Position numbers and translations under genes: made by a program
In this document: positions 1 to 12,525 of the stretch, piece after piece
How positions within the stretch are numbered: position 1 is the first letter of the stretch
Layout of the letters: each line of letters starts with the position of its first letter
Source of the DNA: Chrysomallon squamiferum
Taxonomy: Eukaryota; Animalia; Mollusca
Direction: 5' to 3'
Length of the DNA: 64,000 bases
Assembly: GCA_012295275.1 (NCBI GenBank)
Contig: CM022678.1
Location: 15,996,001-16,060,000, forward strand
The notes under the pieces: generated by a model
Databases searched by the model: none
The model's input: the letters and a program-made list of their open reading frames with translations, nothing else
What the model was told of the DNA's origin: nothing

Positions 1-43
1 GAGTTTACTAATTAATAACAATAAAAATATAAAAAAAAAAAAA

Positions 44-74
<31 letters not shown>

Positions 75-517
75 AAGATTTCAAAAGTGAAGAAAAAAAA
101 GGAATTATCTTTCAGTTTTGAAGAGAACTGATCATTGTAACTAAATGTTTTCTGTAAACAGAACCACATGTCAACTAGTAAACAACACAAATTTTTATCT
201 GTGTGACTGATAATGAAACTTAAATGTTAATCAGAACAAAAGAATACAAACAGGTTATAATGATAATGTATGAGTTAATCAGAACTTATCATTACAAACA
301 GTTACTGTATCATTACTTCTCAAAACAAAATGTCATTCACCCAGATAACTTTATCCATAATTTCATTCACCCATATCTAAACTTTCTTCTGTTCACCTCA
401 CTTTCATCTTTCATTCACACCCCAAAAATCCTATTCACCTTGGCTGAATCATTCACCTAGTTTATGAAGCTTTTGTTATGGAGATGTATTTAATTACATC
501 ATTAATCCTAAATCAGG

Positions 518-634
<117 letters not shown>

Positions 635-2127
635 TAGGTAAATAGATAATTATTATTATCTGATATCAATGCATACATTTCTATACAGAAATTGCAAATC
701 AAACTGGGGAAAAAAGCACCTGACAGTTAAAAGTCAAATTGTTACTAATAAGACATTTAATGAAATAATAATTGTTTTATAAAGAATATTATTATTACAG
801 AAAATCTCCTGAATTAGTGGTTTAGTGAAGAAATATATATGAAATTCCTGAAACAAATAATTTTTTTTTTTTTCAGAATGACTTAATTATTCTTGGTTTT
901 CTTTTTAAACTTTGCAGACTTTAAATGGGACTCATCAAAATTTGCTTAGTGAATTTTTCTTTATTCCTTTTTTTTTTTTTCCTATAATTGTTTTCATTTT
1001 TTTCTAAACACTATTAATATTTATTCTTGTTAAAAATAAAACAGAATATTGTTCCATTTAGTATCTCAGTTTCTACATTTTCCCATATTTTTACTTTCAC
1101 TTTCAAGTTATTTTTACTTTTTATTTTTTTTATAATTTGTTACTTTTAACTTTAATTTCCTTTTAACTTACCTTTATTTTTTTAAATTTTACTTTCATTT
1201 CATTTTATTTCACTTTATTAAATTCACTTCTGCTTCGACTTTTACTGTCATGGAGAACTGTTAGGATGTTTGTTATTATATTAATTTAAGCTTTATTCAG
1301 AATAGCAGTCACCAATCACCAAATTAAATATCAACATTATAAAGCACATCAATAATAAAACAAGATTGCTCTATATTTATACTCAATCAATTTTGTTTTT
1401 AAATTTCCATTTGTTAATTCTGCAACAAATAATTTTAAATTATACTGTGCTGATATTAAAATATGTTGAACCATATATAGATATGTATTCATTATTTTCA
1501 TTATTAAAAACTGAACACTTACAAAATTAATTCAGCAACTTCATAATTTCAGTTAATATAGTTATTAAAAAAATGTTATACCAAAAAATCCCAAAAGCTT
1601 TACATTCATGCATGCTGTTACATAATGATTATATATATAATTTTATATACATGTTAAAATATATAATGTTTATATATAATTATATAATTTTATATCAGTT
1701 TTATAATTTTAATAATTTAAAACAATATTTATTATGTTTATTTAAATTTGAATCCTATAGATCTTATTTATTTACCTAATTATTTCCTTAGATATTGTCA
1801 TAATAAATGTCTAATTAGATATTAGAACATTTAAAAAGACATATTTTGCCAAAGAAATGAACTCAGCATAAAATAAAATATTTATATATTAAAAAAAGGC
1901 TGGATCTTTACTTATAATTTATCTGTAAATTGTAAAATTCAAAAACGTATAGAAACAAATTTTTTTTTTTAAATGATTAAAAAGATATAAAATTAAAAAT
2001 TAACTGAAACTGAAATGTAAAAATAACAAAAAGTTAAAAAGAGAGTGTCCCACAAAATAACTGAGGTAAGATTGTATATATTTTTTTTAACACACATGCA
2101 AACATATATATATACACACACACACAC

Positions 2128-2160
<33 letters not shown>

Positions 2161-2886
2161 TGCACACACACACACACACACATATATGTATATATATGTG
2201 CTGTGGCCATATAAGTGACTGTGGTCATTTTACCAAATAGACATTGAACTGACTGATATTGGATGGACAGTACAATAGTTCCAGTTTATATATATTTTTA
2301 TTTATTAATAATATTAATAATATAATTGCATTAAACACATTACATCACAATTTCACTGCTGAGAAGTTCATTTAAAATAAATTTTATTGTTTCTAAAATT
2401 TTAATATACAAGTGAAAACAAAAATTTGTATGTGGCAATATAAATTATTAGTGTTTCAGTAGTAGATACAGAAAAATAAAATAAAATATATATATATATA
2501 TATGAAATAAATTTGCCACAAATATTAATTTGTGTGGTAATAAATAAAAAAAGTACAAACCAAAAAGCAGCAGTCAAACAGTGAAGTTTAATGTGAATAA
2601 ATAAAATTTAGGTAAAAATATATATGAAAGAAAAAAGAGATTTAAAAATGTTTAATGTGAATAAATAAAATATAGTAAAAATATATAAAAAAAGATAAAG
2701 AGATTTAAAAAAATGTTCTGGAAATTTCAAATGTTAATTTGAAAACATAGTTTTATTAAGCCAGAGTGCTTTGGTTTGCTTTAAAGTCATAAAGAATTTT
2801 TTTTAGATACTTATAAAATTACCATGATTGTTTATTTAAAAATTTTTATAACATCCTTTTAAAAGTAATTATTAATTCATTTTGTA

Positions 2887-2949
<63 letters not shown>

Positions 2950-3351
2950 CATTATTATTATATTATTGTTATAGTTATATGAAACATCATTATATATGTA
3001 TTTTGTTTAATGTCATTAATTAAAAAATATAATAAAAACAAATTGAATCAGAACAATTTACTTAATTTATTTACAGTTTTTGGATGTAACTAAAAAATAA
3101 TTTCCATTGGTTGAAATATTTCAAAAAAATTCCTTGCACCAAAGCAGCCATGACCCTTCCATTTTATCAGATATTTTCAGAACTGTATTTAAGTTATTTG
3201 TTACTTAAGGATTCTAGTTTTTTTATAATAGGCTTAATTCCCATTTTTATAATTTCAACAGAATTATAGCTTTTTGGAACTAATCTATTTTTACTTTGAT
3301 AAATTCTTGTTATTTAGAAATAATTATATTCTCTACTTCTTTAATTCAATT

Positions 3352-3429
<78 letters not shown>

Positions 3430-3876
3430 GTATAGACTTATACACAAACACACTGTTTGTTGTGCCAAGTCTATGAGAAGGTGCATAGAAATTATAACTT
3501 GTTGCTAATCAATGTTTAGCCAAAGGATAACAACAGAAGGGTTTGCTTTTTTTCAGTGCAACTGTTATATAATTATAAAAGTCATGACTGTTTGACACCT
3601 AATAAGCAGATATTTGATATATAATTTTTGATCCAAAAAAAAGTTGCATGAATGAAATTACTGTATGATGGCTCACATCAGACTGATGATAATGGTAAAG
3701 AAATGGAACTGAGTGTCTGAATTCGTGTGTGCTTGTACAAGTGTGTGTGTGTGTGTGTGTGTGTTTGTTTGTGTTTGTTTGCATGTATGTGTTTGTGCAT
3801 GTGCATATGTGTATGTTTCACATACATAGCTATGTGAATCTTTTTCTCTTTATATCTATCTAGCTATCTATCTATA

Positions 3877-3912
<36 letters not shown>

Positions 3913-3982
3913 CATACATACACATACATACATGTTTGAATAGGTTTTAACAACTGATATATCAGAAAGGTGTATAAGACAA

Positions 3983-4040
<58 letters not shown>

Positions 4041-5688
4041 CGTGCACATTACTGATATATTTTATATACTGATGTGTATGTGTATGTTTGAGAAACTGCA
4101 AGTGTTTGAGAATATTAACACTTGTACTTTTTCTTTTCCTGGAGATTTTCTAAAATGTATACATTTTCCTTGTGACTCTTTCATTTATTTTTTTATTTAT
4201 TTCTGTTTCTTTCCAGGCTTCATCAGAAAAAAAATGTGACTATTATTACATCTTTTTTTTTTTTTTTTTATAATAAAAACATAACCCCAATAATTTCTTC
4301 TTTAATTACTGGTCTTTTACCTTCTTTAGAATTTATAAAAAATAAAATTAAAATAACACAACATTACTCACCATATATATATATATATATTTATTTAACC
4401 ATATTTCTATAAATAATCACTTTTCACCTGTCAAACTTAGTGATCTTTGTGTACTTGGCCTAATTAAACACCTGCATAATTTTCCTGCGTGTGCAATCAA
4501 AGAAACGAACGTGCAACCATCACCAAAGTGGGTGACCAATGTATAACCTCAAAACCCATGCAGCAAATAATTAAGTAGCAGAAAAATGTAAAGTAATGTA
4601 AAAAAAAAAAATGTAAAAATAGAAAATTAACTGCAAAAAGCTATTTAATAAACAAACCAAAACATGAAAACCATTTTGGTTAAATTTTAGTTATGTCAAA
4701 AAAAAAAAAAAAAATATTTTGAACATTAAAAATAAATAAAAGGTGCAGAAATATAATTGATTATTATTATTATTGTTGTTGTTATTATTGTTATTGTTAT
4801 TATTATTATAGTCAGCTTCTTTTTTGAAATAATAATCTATAATTTCAGGAAGAATTTGAAAAATAAAGTAGCAATTAAAATATCTGTTATCAACTTATTT
4901 CTTTTCCAAAAATAAAAATGGTATAATAATATAATCTTATAATTATTTTTATTTGAAAAAACAAAAAACAAACAAAATTAATAATAATAATAATAATAAA
5001 GATAAAAAAAAAATAAAAATAGAATAAAATAAAATAAAATAAAATAAAATAAAACAAAATAAAAATAAAAATAAAAATTAAATTAAATTAAATTTAAAAA
5101 TTTCTGTAAAGTTCATTTAACCAAAAGTTTTCATCTTCCAGTTCATCCCAGTTAGTTTTGTTTTGGTTAATGAAAGGCAAGGATTAAAATGTTAGTTGCA
5201 GTTAGTATTAGTACCACTGCACTATTTTATTAGACAAATATTAGTACTGCTGAAGCAATGTTATTTAAATATTAGTATAATCACTGTTACGGAACAAGAG
5301 AACAACAGCAAACAAGATAACAGTTTTAAAACAAGGGTTAAAAAAGTCATGCCACAATTTACTACTAAGTTAAATTGTAAACAGTCTATATTTTTTTACA
5401 ATTTATAACACATTACTTGTCTATTTTTAGATTGAAATATATATTGTAAAAATATTAAATATCATTTGAGAAACATATTATTTATTATGTGCTGCAAATA
5501 AAAAAACAAATCAAAAGTATAATATTCCATTTCAGAAAGTCATAATCCAATTAAAACCATTATGAGTAACAGAAACTAAACCAGTTAGCAAAACTCTTTT
5601 TGACTGGTTAATTCCAAACAGAACTGGTTAAGGTTTCTGATTGGCCCGTTTTCGATATGCTATTATCCACGAAACTAGTTCCACTTAC

Positions 5689-5862
5689 CTTATTCTGTTT
5701 GGGTGCCGGCTGCTGGGTGTTTCTCTTGCTGTTGGTCTTGGCAACAGTATTCCGCTGCTGAGGGGCATGGCCGTTGGTTGCAGCGCCATTTTTAGAATTA
5801 CGATTGTTTTCAACTCGGCTGTTGTGGGTGTTGGTTCCCTTTTTGTCATTTTCAGGTTCCTC
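5689..5862 (-). CDS. DCDC2: DCDC2-like coding exon 9 (low-complexity polar tail)
   Basis: ttctgacag|GAG GAA CCT...AAT AAG|gtaagt; EEPENDKKGTNTHNSRVENNRNSKNGAATNGHAPQQRNTVAKTNSKRNTQQPAPKQNK; 174 nt, phase 0/0; GC/CpG-rich island in AT-rich flanks. Read-through would stop at 5608-5610. Confidence 0.82.
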
Positions 5863-6440
5863 CTGTCAGAATTAATCACGATTTATTAAAATTTTAAAAC
5901 TGTAATTTAATTTATGTGTGACTATAAATGAATACTTCATTAATTTTTATATTAAAATTTTAATATCGTTCTAGTTTCAGAGTTGTAACTGTGTTACTTC
6001 TTTGTTTATATTCTGTTTTGTTTATCAGGATCTTTATTTATTTATTTGCACTTAAATTTCCAAAACAAAGTAGATTTTGAGACAGTGACTGATTAATAAA
6101 TTATGGTAAAAAGGTAAATTAAAAAAAGGAGTTATCTCCCTTTGTCTCTCTTTTGCTCATTCTCATATTAATTATTCAGTACAAATATTTAACAACCATA
6201 AAATAAATCCACAAAATGATAAAGAATAAAATCACTGTGATCATACTCTTCTATTTTTGTTATAAATTGAAAATGAAATTAGGTAAAAAAAAAACCCAAA
6301 CTAAAATCACTAAGAATAAAGCAACATACGATATCAAAAGACAAAACAAGTGTCTCCATGTTGGTGCTGCTACTAACAGGTTATGGTCATGTGATGTATC
6401 AATGACAAGAAGACACATATATAAATTTTATTTGTTGTAA

Positions 6441-6477
<37 letters not shown>

Positions 6478-7207
6478 ATGGAAAAGAATGCTATTGAAAA
6501 TTATTACAGCCAAGCCAAGCTATACAAGAAAAGTGTAGGTGTCTGAAAGTGATTTCTAAAACTGTCACCTCAGTTGATTTTTTGTTTGTTTGTTTTGGCA
6601 GCAGTAGCCATCTTGATACTGAAAAGTTACTTTTTTTTTACATCTCTGTTTCTACTATAGCTAACACTTTTGCCATGATGGCAACACTCACCTCAGTCTT
6701 AAAGAGGTTAATTTTTGTTCTGTCTACTACTTGAAACATAACTGCCATTGATCGCAGTATCTAACAAGTTAATTTTTATGCTGTCAGTCTTAGTCTTATT
6801 ATTCATGATTTTCACTAACAATTACAAAGATATGGAAACTACTCTCTAATAATACAAATTTCTGAAGTATCTTTACTTTTATTTTATTATTATTTCTAAT
6901 GATTATGAATTACATGGAATAAATTACACAGAATAAATAAATAAATAAATAAATACCAAAAAATATGAATTAATAAACAGTGAATAAATAATAATTAAAT
7001 GAATGAATAAAAAAATTAAAATTATAATTATAAATGATTGAATAAATGAATACTTAAATAAATCAATGATTAAATAAAGAAATAAACAAATAAATATATA
7101 AAAATTTTCTACAATAACTAACAAGACCTTTTCTGTAATTCTAGATCAAAAGAAAACATTATTCCAATATTAACAGGCTGAAGACAATGGATAATTTTTA
7201 TATCACC

Positions 7208-7264
<57 letters not shown>

Positions 7265-7897
7265 GATATAGATATAGATATAGATAGAGATATAGATAGA
7301 CAGATAGACAGACAGATAGATAGATAGATAGACACAGATATCTATTTAATTATTTATTGATTGATAACAGTGCACTAAATATTTAAAGCTGTCTAAAGGC
7401 AGTGATTGTAATTTTTCTATGCCAATGATGAGATTTTTGCTGAAAGAAGGCAAAGGTAACATTTTCAGTGTTGTCATGCATTATGATTACAATGATGCAG
7501 CTAGACTAAGTCTGTGCATGCTATTTAACCTCGTAGTACTGCTCTGTGTTTTGATTGGCAGACTCAGATCCATGTTCATCATGCAGAGAATTGGAATCTT
7601 CATCCTATTGGTCAATAATAAACACTCTTTGGCTTTTGTATTTTTATTTTTATTTTATTTTATTTTTTAATTTTTTTTTTTTTTTTTTTTTTTTTGATGG
7701 GTGAAATAGTTAAATCTTTAAGAGGGAAAAAAAATTTGTTTTGAAAGATAAAAATAAATAAAAATAAAATAGAAGAAAATAAGAAAAAAGAAAGAAGGAA
7801 TTGTTTTAGTACAATTTTTTGTTTTTTAATAGAACCATGTTATTATCTCTTAGGGAAAAAATTAAATATAAAATAAAATAAAACAAAATAAAATAAA

Positions 7898-7934
<37 letters not shown>

Positions 7935-8528
7935 TAATAATAATAATATAAGAAAAAGAATTAAAAAATTAAACAATAAAATAAATTATATAAGCTACAA
8001 AAAAAGCCTTCATAAAATTATTTTTTAATTTTAAAAAAAAAAGATGAAGATAAAGACAACAACAAGACAACAAAAACCAAAAAAAGTAGAAAAATATTTT
8101 CATGTGAACAAACTAAAATATTTAAATCCAAGCAGTGAATCGACTAATCCTCCTAATCCTGTGATTAGTGATAATCAAACATGCTTTAATGTCCCTGGAC
8201 AAACAGCAGGACAAAATTACTTGTAGAAAAACCCTGGGGTGTTGGTTTTCAGATGTAAAAGATGAATTTCATTACGTAAATTTATTATTTTCTTTTTGAA
8301 ACTGTGAGTGAAAAACTGATATTTCTTTAGTATCCATTGCTCTGGTATAAGACACAAACCACTGTCTTTACAGATATGTGAAAAACACATATTATTAAAA
8401 TAATAAGAAATAATTTAAATTTTTGTTTTTTTCTTATATAAAGAACAATTTTATTAATAATGATAACTACAGACTAAAAATAAACACACACACACACATA
8501 ATATTATGTTTATAATGATATTTGTATG

Positions 8529-8560
<32 letters not shown>

Positions 8561-8599
8561 GAAATTAGAACAGTCATTAAGACTTGACATTTCACTGAC

Positions 8600-8724
8600 C
8601 TTCACCTCTTCAGCCTCAACCTGGTCAATGGGCAGGTCAACTTTAGTGTCCTGTGTCTCCTTCACTTCTTGAGCTCCTTTTGTCTCCTGGTGTCTGTTCT
8701 TAGACTTGAACACTCCTCCTTCAT
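8600..8724 (-). CDS. DCDC2: DCDC2-like coding exon 8 (conserved C-terminal motif)
   Basis: ttaagttcag|AT GAA GGA...GTG AAG|gtcagt; DEGGVFKSKNRHQETKGAQEVKETQDTKVDLPIDQVEAEEVK aligns to human DEGIFKAGAERSETRGAAEVQEDEDTQVEVPVDQRPAEIV (from memory), which separates DCDC2 from DCX/DCLK/RP1. Confidence 0.92.
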
Positions 8725-9151
8725 CTGAACTTAAAAACACGTTTTGTAAGAGCAAACGTACTACACAGACTGAACATACAGTTGAACACTCATGCCCTTA
8801 ACTTTTTCTACAGAAAAATACTTGAAACGTGCATCTTCATTTTTCGTTTTATAACTAATAAGCTGTCATTAATTTTAATATTTATCTACTACTAAATAAT
8901 AATTTTTATACATATCTATTTAGCAATATTATTTTGCCATTATAGAATTTCAAACTATATACTGTTAACACATTTCAGTACACTTAAATCTGTGGATCTC
9001 TTTCACATTTCACAGCTGTTTTATCTGTTTCCTTACTACATGATGGTACATAAACTGGATCTTTATATATATATATATATATAGACAGACAGCTAGATAG
9101 ACAGATGGACAGACAGAGACAGACAGACAGACAGACAGATTTAAAACCCAC

Positions 9152-9273
9152 CTTTGTCGTAATTAATTTCCTGGGGTCGTTTGTTTTTCTCCGAGCTGCG
9201 TTTGTGAGCGACTGGCTTGGCTGGGAAAACAGCATCTTCTTCTTTCTTTGGATGATGTTGGTTACGACGATAT
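9152..9273 (-). CDS. DCDC2: DCDC2-like coding exon 7
   Basis: tctatcattag|A TAT CGT...GAC AAA G|gtgggt; YRRNQHHPKKEEDAVFPAKPVAHKRSSEKNKRPQEINYDK; 122 nt, phase 2 in, phase 1 out, matching both neighbours. Confidence 0.87.
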
Positions 9274-9875
9274 CTAATGATAGATGATAATAGTGATGAT
9301 AACAGAGATGGCAATGATATTTTACGATAAATAATCTTCATGATGATGACAATAAAGATGACAATGATGATGATAATAATTATATAAATAATGTTTATTT
9401 TGATAAGGATGATACTGATGAAAATAAAGATGTCCATGATAATGATAATCATATTTATTTATGATAAATGATGTTTATAATGATAATGATGGCTACAGCA
9501 ACAAAATAATGATGTTGATGATGATGATGGAGATATGTGTATGATAAGAATGAAATATATTCATAATGATGAACATTATTTCTTAATAATAAACCAATGC
9601 TGTTGATAACAATGATGATGATAATGACAACAGTAAAATTATTGATAAAATTTCTTCATGAAAATTTTGAGATGAGAATCCATTATTTTTGTCATGTTAA
9701 TATATATATATATATATATATATATTTAAAAAATCTACTTGTGCTTTTGAGTGTGAATGTGTGTGTGTGTGTGTGTGTGTTTTTTGTGAAATTCAGAGTA
9801 CATGTTCTTTTCATTTTATATCTTATTTAAATACTGTATGCAGTTTTAATGTTTACATATTTAAAATATTGGGTA

Positions 9876-10190
9876 TGTGTGTATTTTATTCTTATTCATC
9901 TGTGTGAACACACAGGTGTGTGTATACCTGTGTGTATTTTACTTATTAGTCTGTGTGAACACAGGTGTGTGTATACCTGTGTGTATTTTACTTATTAGTC
10001 TATGTGAACACACAGGTGTGTGTATACCTGTGTGTATTTTACTTATTAGTCTGTGTGAACACACAGGTGTGTATACCTGTGTGTAGTGTATGTGAACACA
10101 CTGTGTGTGTGTTGAACATGTATACCTGTGTGTATTTCACTTATTAGTCTGTGTGAACACAGATGTGTGTATACCTGTGTGTGTATTAAT
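9876..10190. repeat. About 50-bp minisatellite, about 6 copies, next to the exon 6 donor
   Basis: Unit tgtgtgaacacacaggtgtgtgtatacctgtgtgtattttacttattagtc recurs at 9901, 9952, 10001, 10052. Confidence 0.9.
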
Positions 10191-10195
10191 TATAC

Positions 10196-10297
10196 CTTTT
10201 CGTGTATGGGTAGCCATTTTCCGAGGCCGGCTGAGAGTGGACAGGAGATGATTGGTTGGTGCTGGTTTTTGAGTCTCGACTCAGAGGAGGTAAAGAC
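10196..10297 (-). CDS. DCDC2: DCDC2-like coding exon 6
   Basis: cttttctttcag|G TCT TTA CCT CCT...AAA AG|gtataa; SLPPLSRDSKTSTNQSSPVHSQPASENGYPYTK (SLPP motif as in DCDC2); 102 nt, phase 2/2. Confidence 0.87.
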
Positions 10298-10771
10298 CTG
10301 AAAGAAAAGTTCATCAAGGGAGGTAATTAGCAGTTCCGTCAAAGGAAGATAACTCATAAAATAAAAACTTTTTTTAAATGAAGTAAACAACCTTTCAAGG
10401 GAGATAATTAATAATAATAAGTAGAATTTTTAATGGAGATAAGAATAATAAATAACAAATTCTTTTGACAGAGTTAATTATTTTAAAGGGACAAAGGTGT
10501 GATTACAACAAAACCTTTCAATGAAGACATATAAAACAATTATTATAAAAAATAAATAAAAAAAAAAAAAAAAAAACATTTCGAGGCAAATAACTAATAT
10601 TATTCAGACACCTAAAAAAAAGTTAACATCAATTAATATAAGTCGAAAATAAAAAAAAATATTGTTAAACCTTTTCATTGAAAAAAAAAAAGAACTATAG
10701 CCACAAATCCATAAAAGAAATAAAGAGATTAAAAAAAAAATCTACAGTTTGGCATTTTTGTTTTTGTTTAC

Positions 10772-10933
10772 CTGAACCGTCCATCCAGTCTTGGAGATGT
10801 CAGGAGGTTTTTCATTCCTGTGTCCTTGTAGTCAACACGCTTGAACGGCCTGAACGCCGGAACACAGATGTACCGTCCTCCATGCTCCAGTTCATCCAGC
10901 TTCTCAATGGGGTAGCCATCTTTAGTGTAGAGC
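10772..10933 (-). CDS. DCDC2: DCDC2-like coding exon 5 (end of DCX domain 2)
   Basis: cgtttctcag|G CTC TAC ACT...TTC AG|gtaaac; LYTKDGYPIEKLDELEHGGRYICVPAFRPFKRVDYKDTGMKNLLTSPRLDGRF; LYT.DG...ELE.G..Y..V...FK..Y DCX motif; 162 nt, phase 2/2. Confidence 0.93.
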
Positions 10934-11399
10934 CTGAGAAACGAGCAGAATTAACACATTATAGCCAGTTTAGAGCAGTGGTTGGAACGGGAAATAACGT
11001 CTACCTGTGTATTTATATGTGGAGAATGAAAATGTTATACTGAGATAAGCAGGCTGAGTAAGGGGGTGGACCATTTATATTCGAATCTTAGTCGACTGGG
11101 ATGTACAGAGAGAGGTCAAAGTGCAGGTTGGAATGGAAAATAATTAACCGATACTGATAAAGGGTGGGAATGTTATCAAGTATATTTTCAATAATTGTGT
11201 TATGAAGTGGGTGTAAGACTTATGAAATCAGGTGAGAAACAATTCAAATACGTATTGGGTTAATGCGAACAGAAATGGTATTTAGAGCTAAAAGAATTCA
11301 ATGGAATGAGTAGTAATTAAATAGTTTAATTCATCTATAAATGAAAATATAGATTAGATAGTTCTATACAGATCAGATTAAGAGAAACAGAGAGAGAAG

Positions 11400-11651
11400 A
11401 GAATGGTTAAAATTTCAACCTACTTATGAAGAGTTCATTAGGTGTACATACAGACAGACAGACATTCAGATAGAGAAACAGAGACATGGACTGAGAAATG
11501 ACTGGTTACAGTTTCAACCTACTTGTGAATGGCTCATACAACAGACATACAGACATGCAGACAACAGACAGACATTCAGACAGACAGAAAGATAAGCAGA
11601 CAGACAGACAGACAGATGACTGGTTTCCACCTACTTGTGAACGGCTCAGAC

Positions 11652-11682
<31 letters not shown>

Positions 11683-11720
11683 AAGGAGACAGACAGACAG
11701 ACAGATGACTGGTTTCCAGC
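11400..11720. repeat. Degenerate 100-110 bp repeats containing the exon 4 3' end and donor plus (GACA)n
   Basis: tttc(a/c)acctactt(g/a)tgaa... centred near 11420, 11519 and 11631; a fourth copy starts at 11701 and is truncated. Confidence 0.8.
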
Positions 11721-11995
11721 CCAGCACCTGCAACACAAACATGTCAGAATCATTATCACAGCACCTGCAACACAAACATGTCAGCTCAGAAGCACCTGCA
11801 ACACAAACATGTCAGTTTAATCATTATCAGGACCTGAAACACCATGTCAGTTTAATCAGTATGTGGTTCCAGTCATTATCACAGCACCTGCAACACAAAC
11901 ATGTCAGCTTAATCCATTATCACAGCACCTGCAAACACAAAGCACTAAATCATTATGAGGCAAACACAAACATGTCCTCTCCATTAGCCCAGCAC
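11720..11995 (-). CDS. DCDC2: DCDC2-like coding exon 4 (DCX domain 2 core), fragmented in this sequence
   Basis: Acceptor tgtgttgcag|G TGC TGG GCT AAT GGA GAG GAC at 11995 gives (K)CWANGED (cf. human LIANGD); fragment GAC TGG AAC CAC ATA CTG (DWNHIL, cf. QWDHVL) at about 11857-11874; no continuous ORF because repeat units intervene; lower boundary inferred. Confidence 0.6.
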
Positions 11996-12525
11996 CTGCA
12001 ACACAAACATGTCAGCTTAATCATTATCACAGCACCTGCAAACACAAACATGTCAGCTTAATCATTATCACAGCACCTGCAAACACAAACCTGTCAACTA
12101 AATCATTATCACAGCACCTGCAAACACAAACATGTCAACTAAATCATTATCACAGTACCTGCAATCACAAACATGTCAACTAAATCATTACCACAGTACC
12201 TGCAATCACAAACATGTCAGCTTAATCATTATCACAGCACCTGCAAACACAAACATGTCAGCTAAATCATTATCACAGCACCTGCAAACACAAACATGTC
12301 AGCTAAATCATTATCACAGCACCTGCAAACACAAACATGTCAACTAAATCATTATCACAGCACCTGCAAACACAAACATGTCAGCTAAATCATTATCACA
12401 GTACACCTGCAAACACAAACATGTCAGCTAAATCATTATCACAGCACCTGCAAACACAAACATGTCAGCTAAATGATTATCACAGCAACTGAAAACACAA
12501 ACATGTCAACTAAATGATTATCACA
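11722..12525. repeat. 41-bp minisatellite (about 13 clean copies 11991-12525, broken copies below)
   Basis: Unit aatcattatcacagcacctgcaaacacaaacatgtcagcta; period 41 read from 12021, 12062, 12103. Confidence 0.95.

Noticed and set aside
224-460. Candidate terminal exon (tag|VNDSAKVNRIFGV*) within recurring ttcacc motifs
   Set aside because: Poor polypyrimidine tract and looks like a decayed short repeat.
10190-10390. Minus-strand ORFs 10190-10390, 8984-9235 and 5685-5879 from the track
   Set aside because: They overlap true exons but in the wrong frame given the splice phases.
10678-11043. 121-aa plus-strand ORF (also 5641-5889 and 9105-9287)
   Set aside because: Antisense shadows of real minus-strand exons.
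11498-12347. 187-aa and 71-aa plus-strand ORFs
   Set aside because: Translations of (GACA)n and the 41-bp minisatellite.
11720-12525. Repeat units with unique inserts, superficially like a CRISPR array
   Set aside because: Eukaryotic intron, no cas genes, most units are head-to-tail without spacers, and the unique pieces are fragments of a DCDC2 exon.
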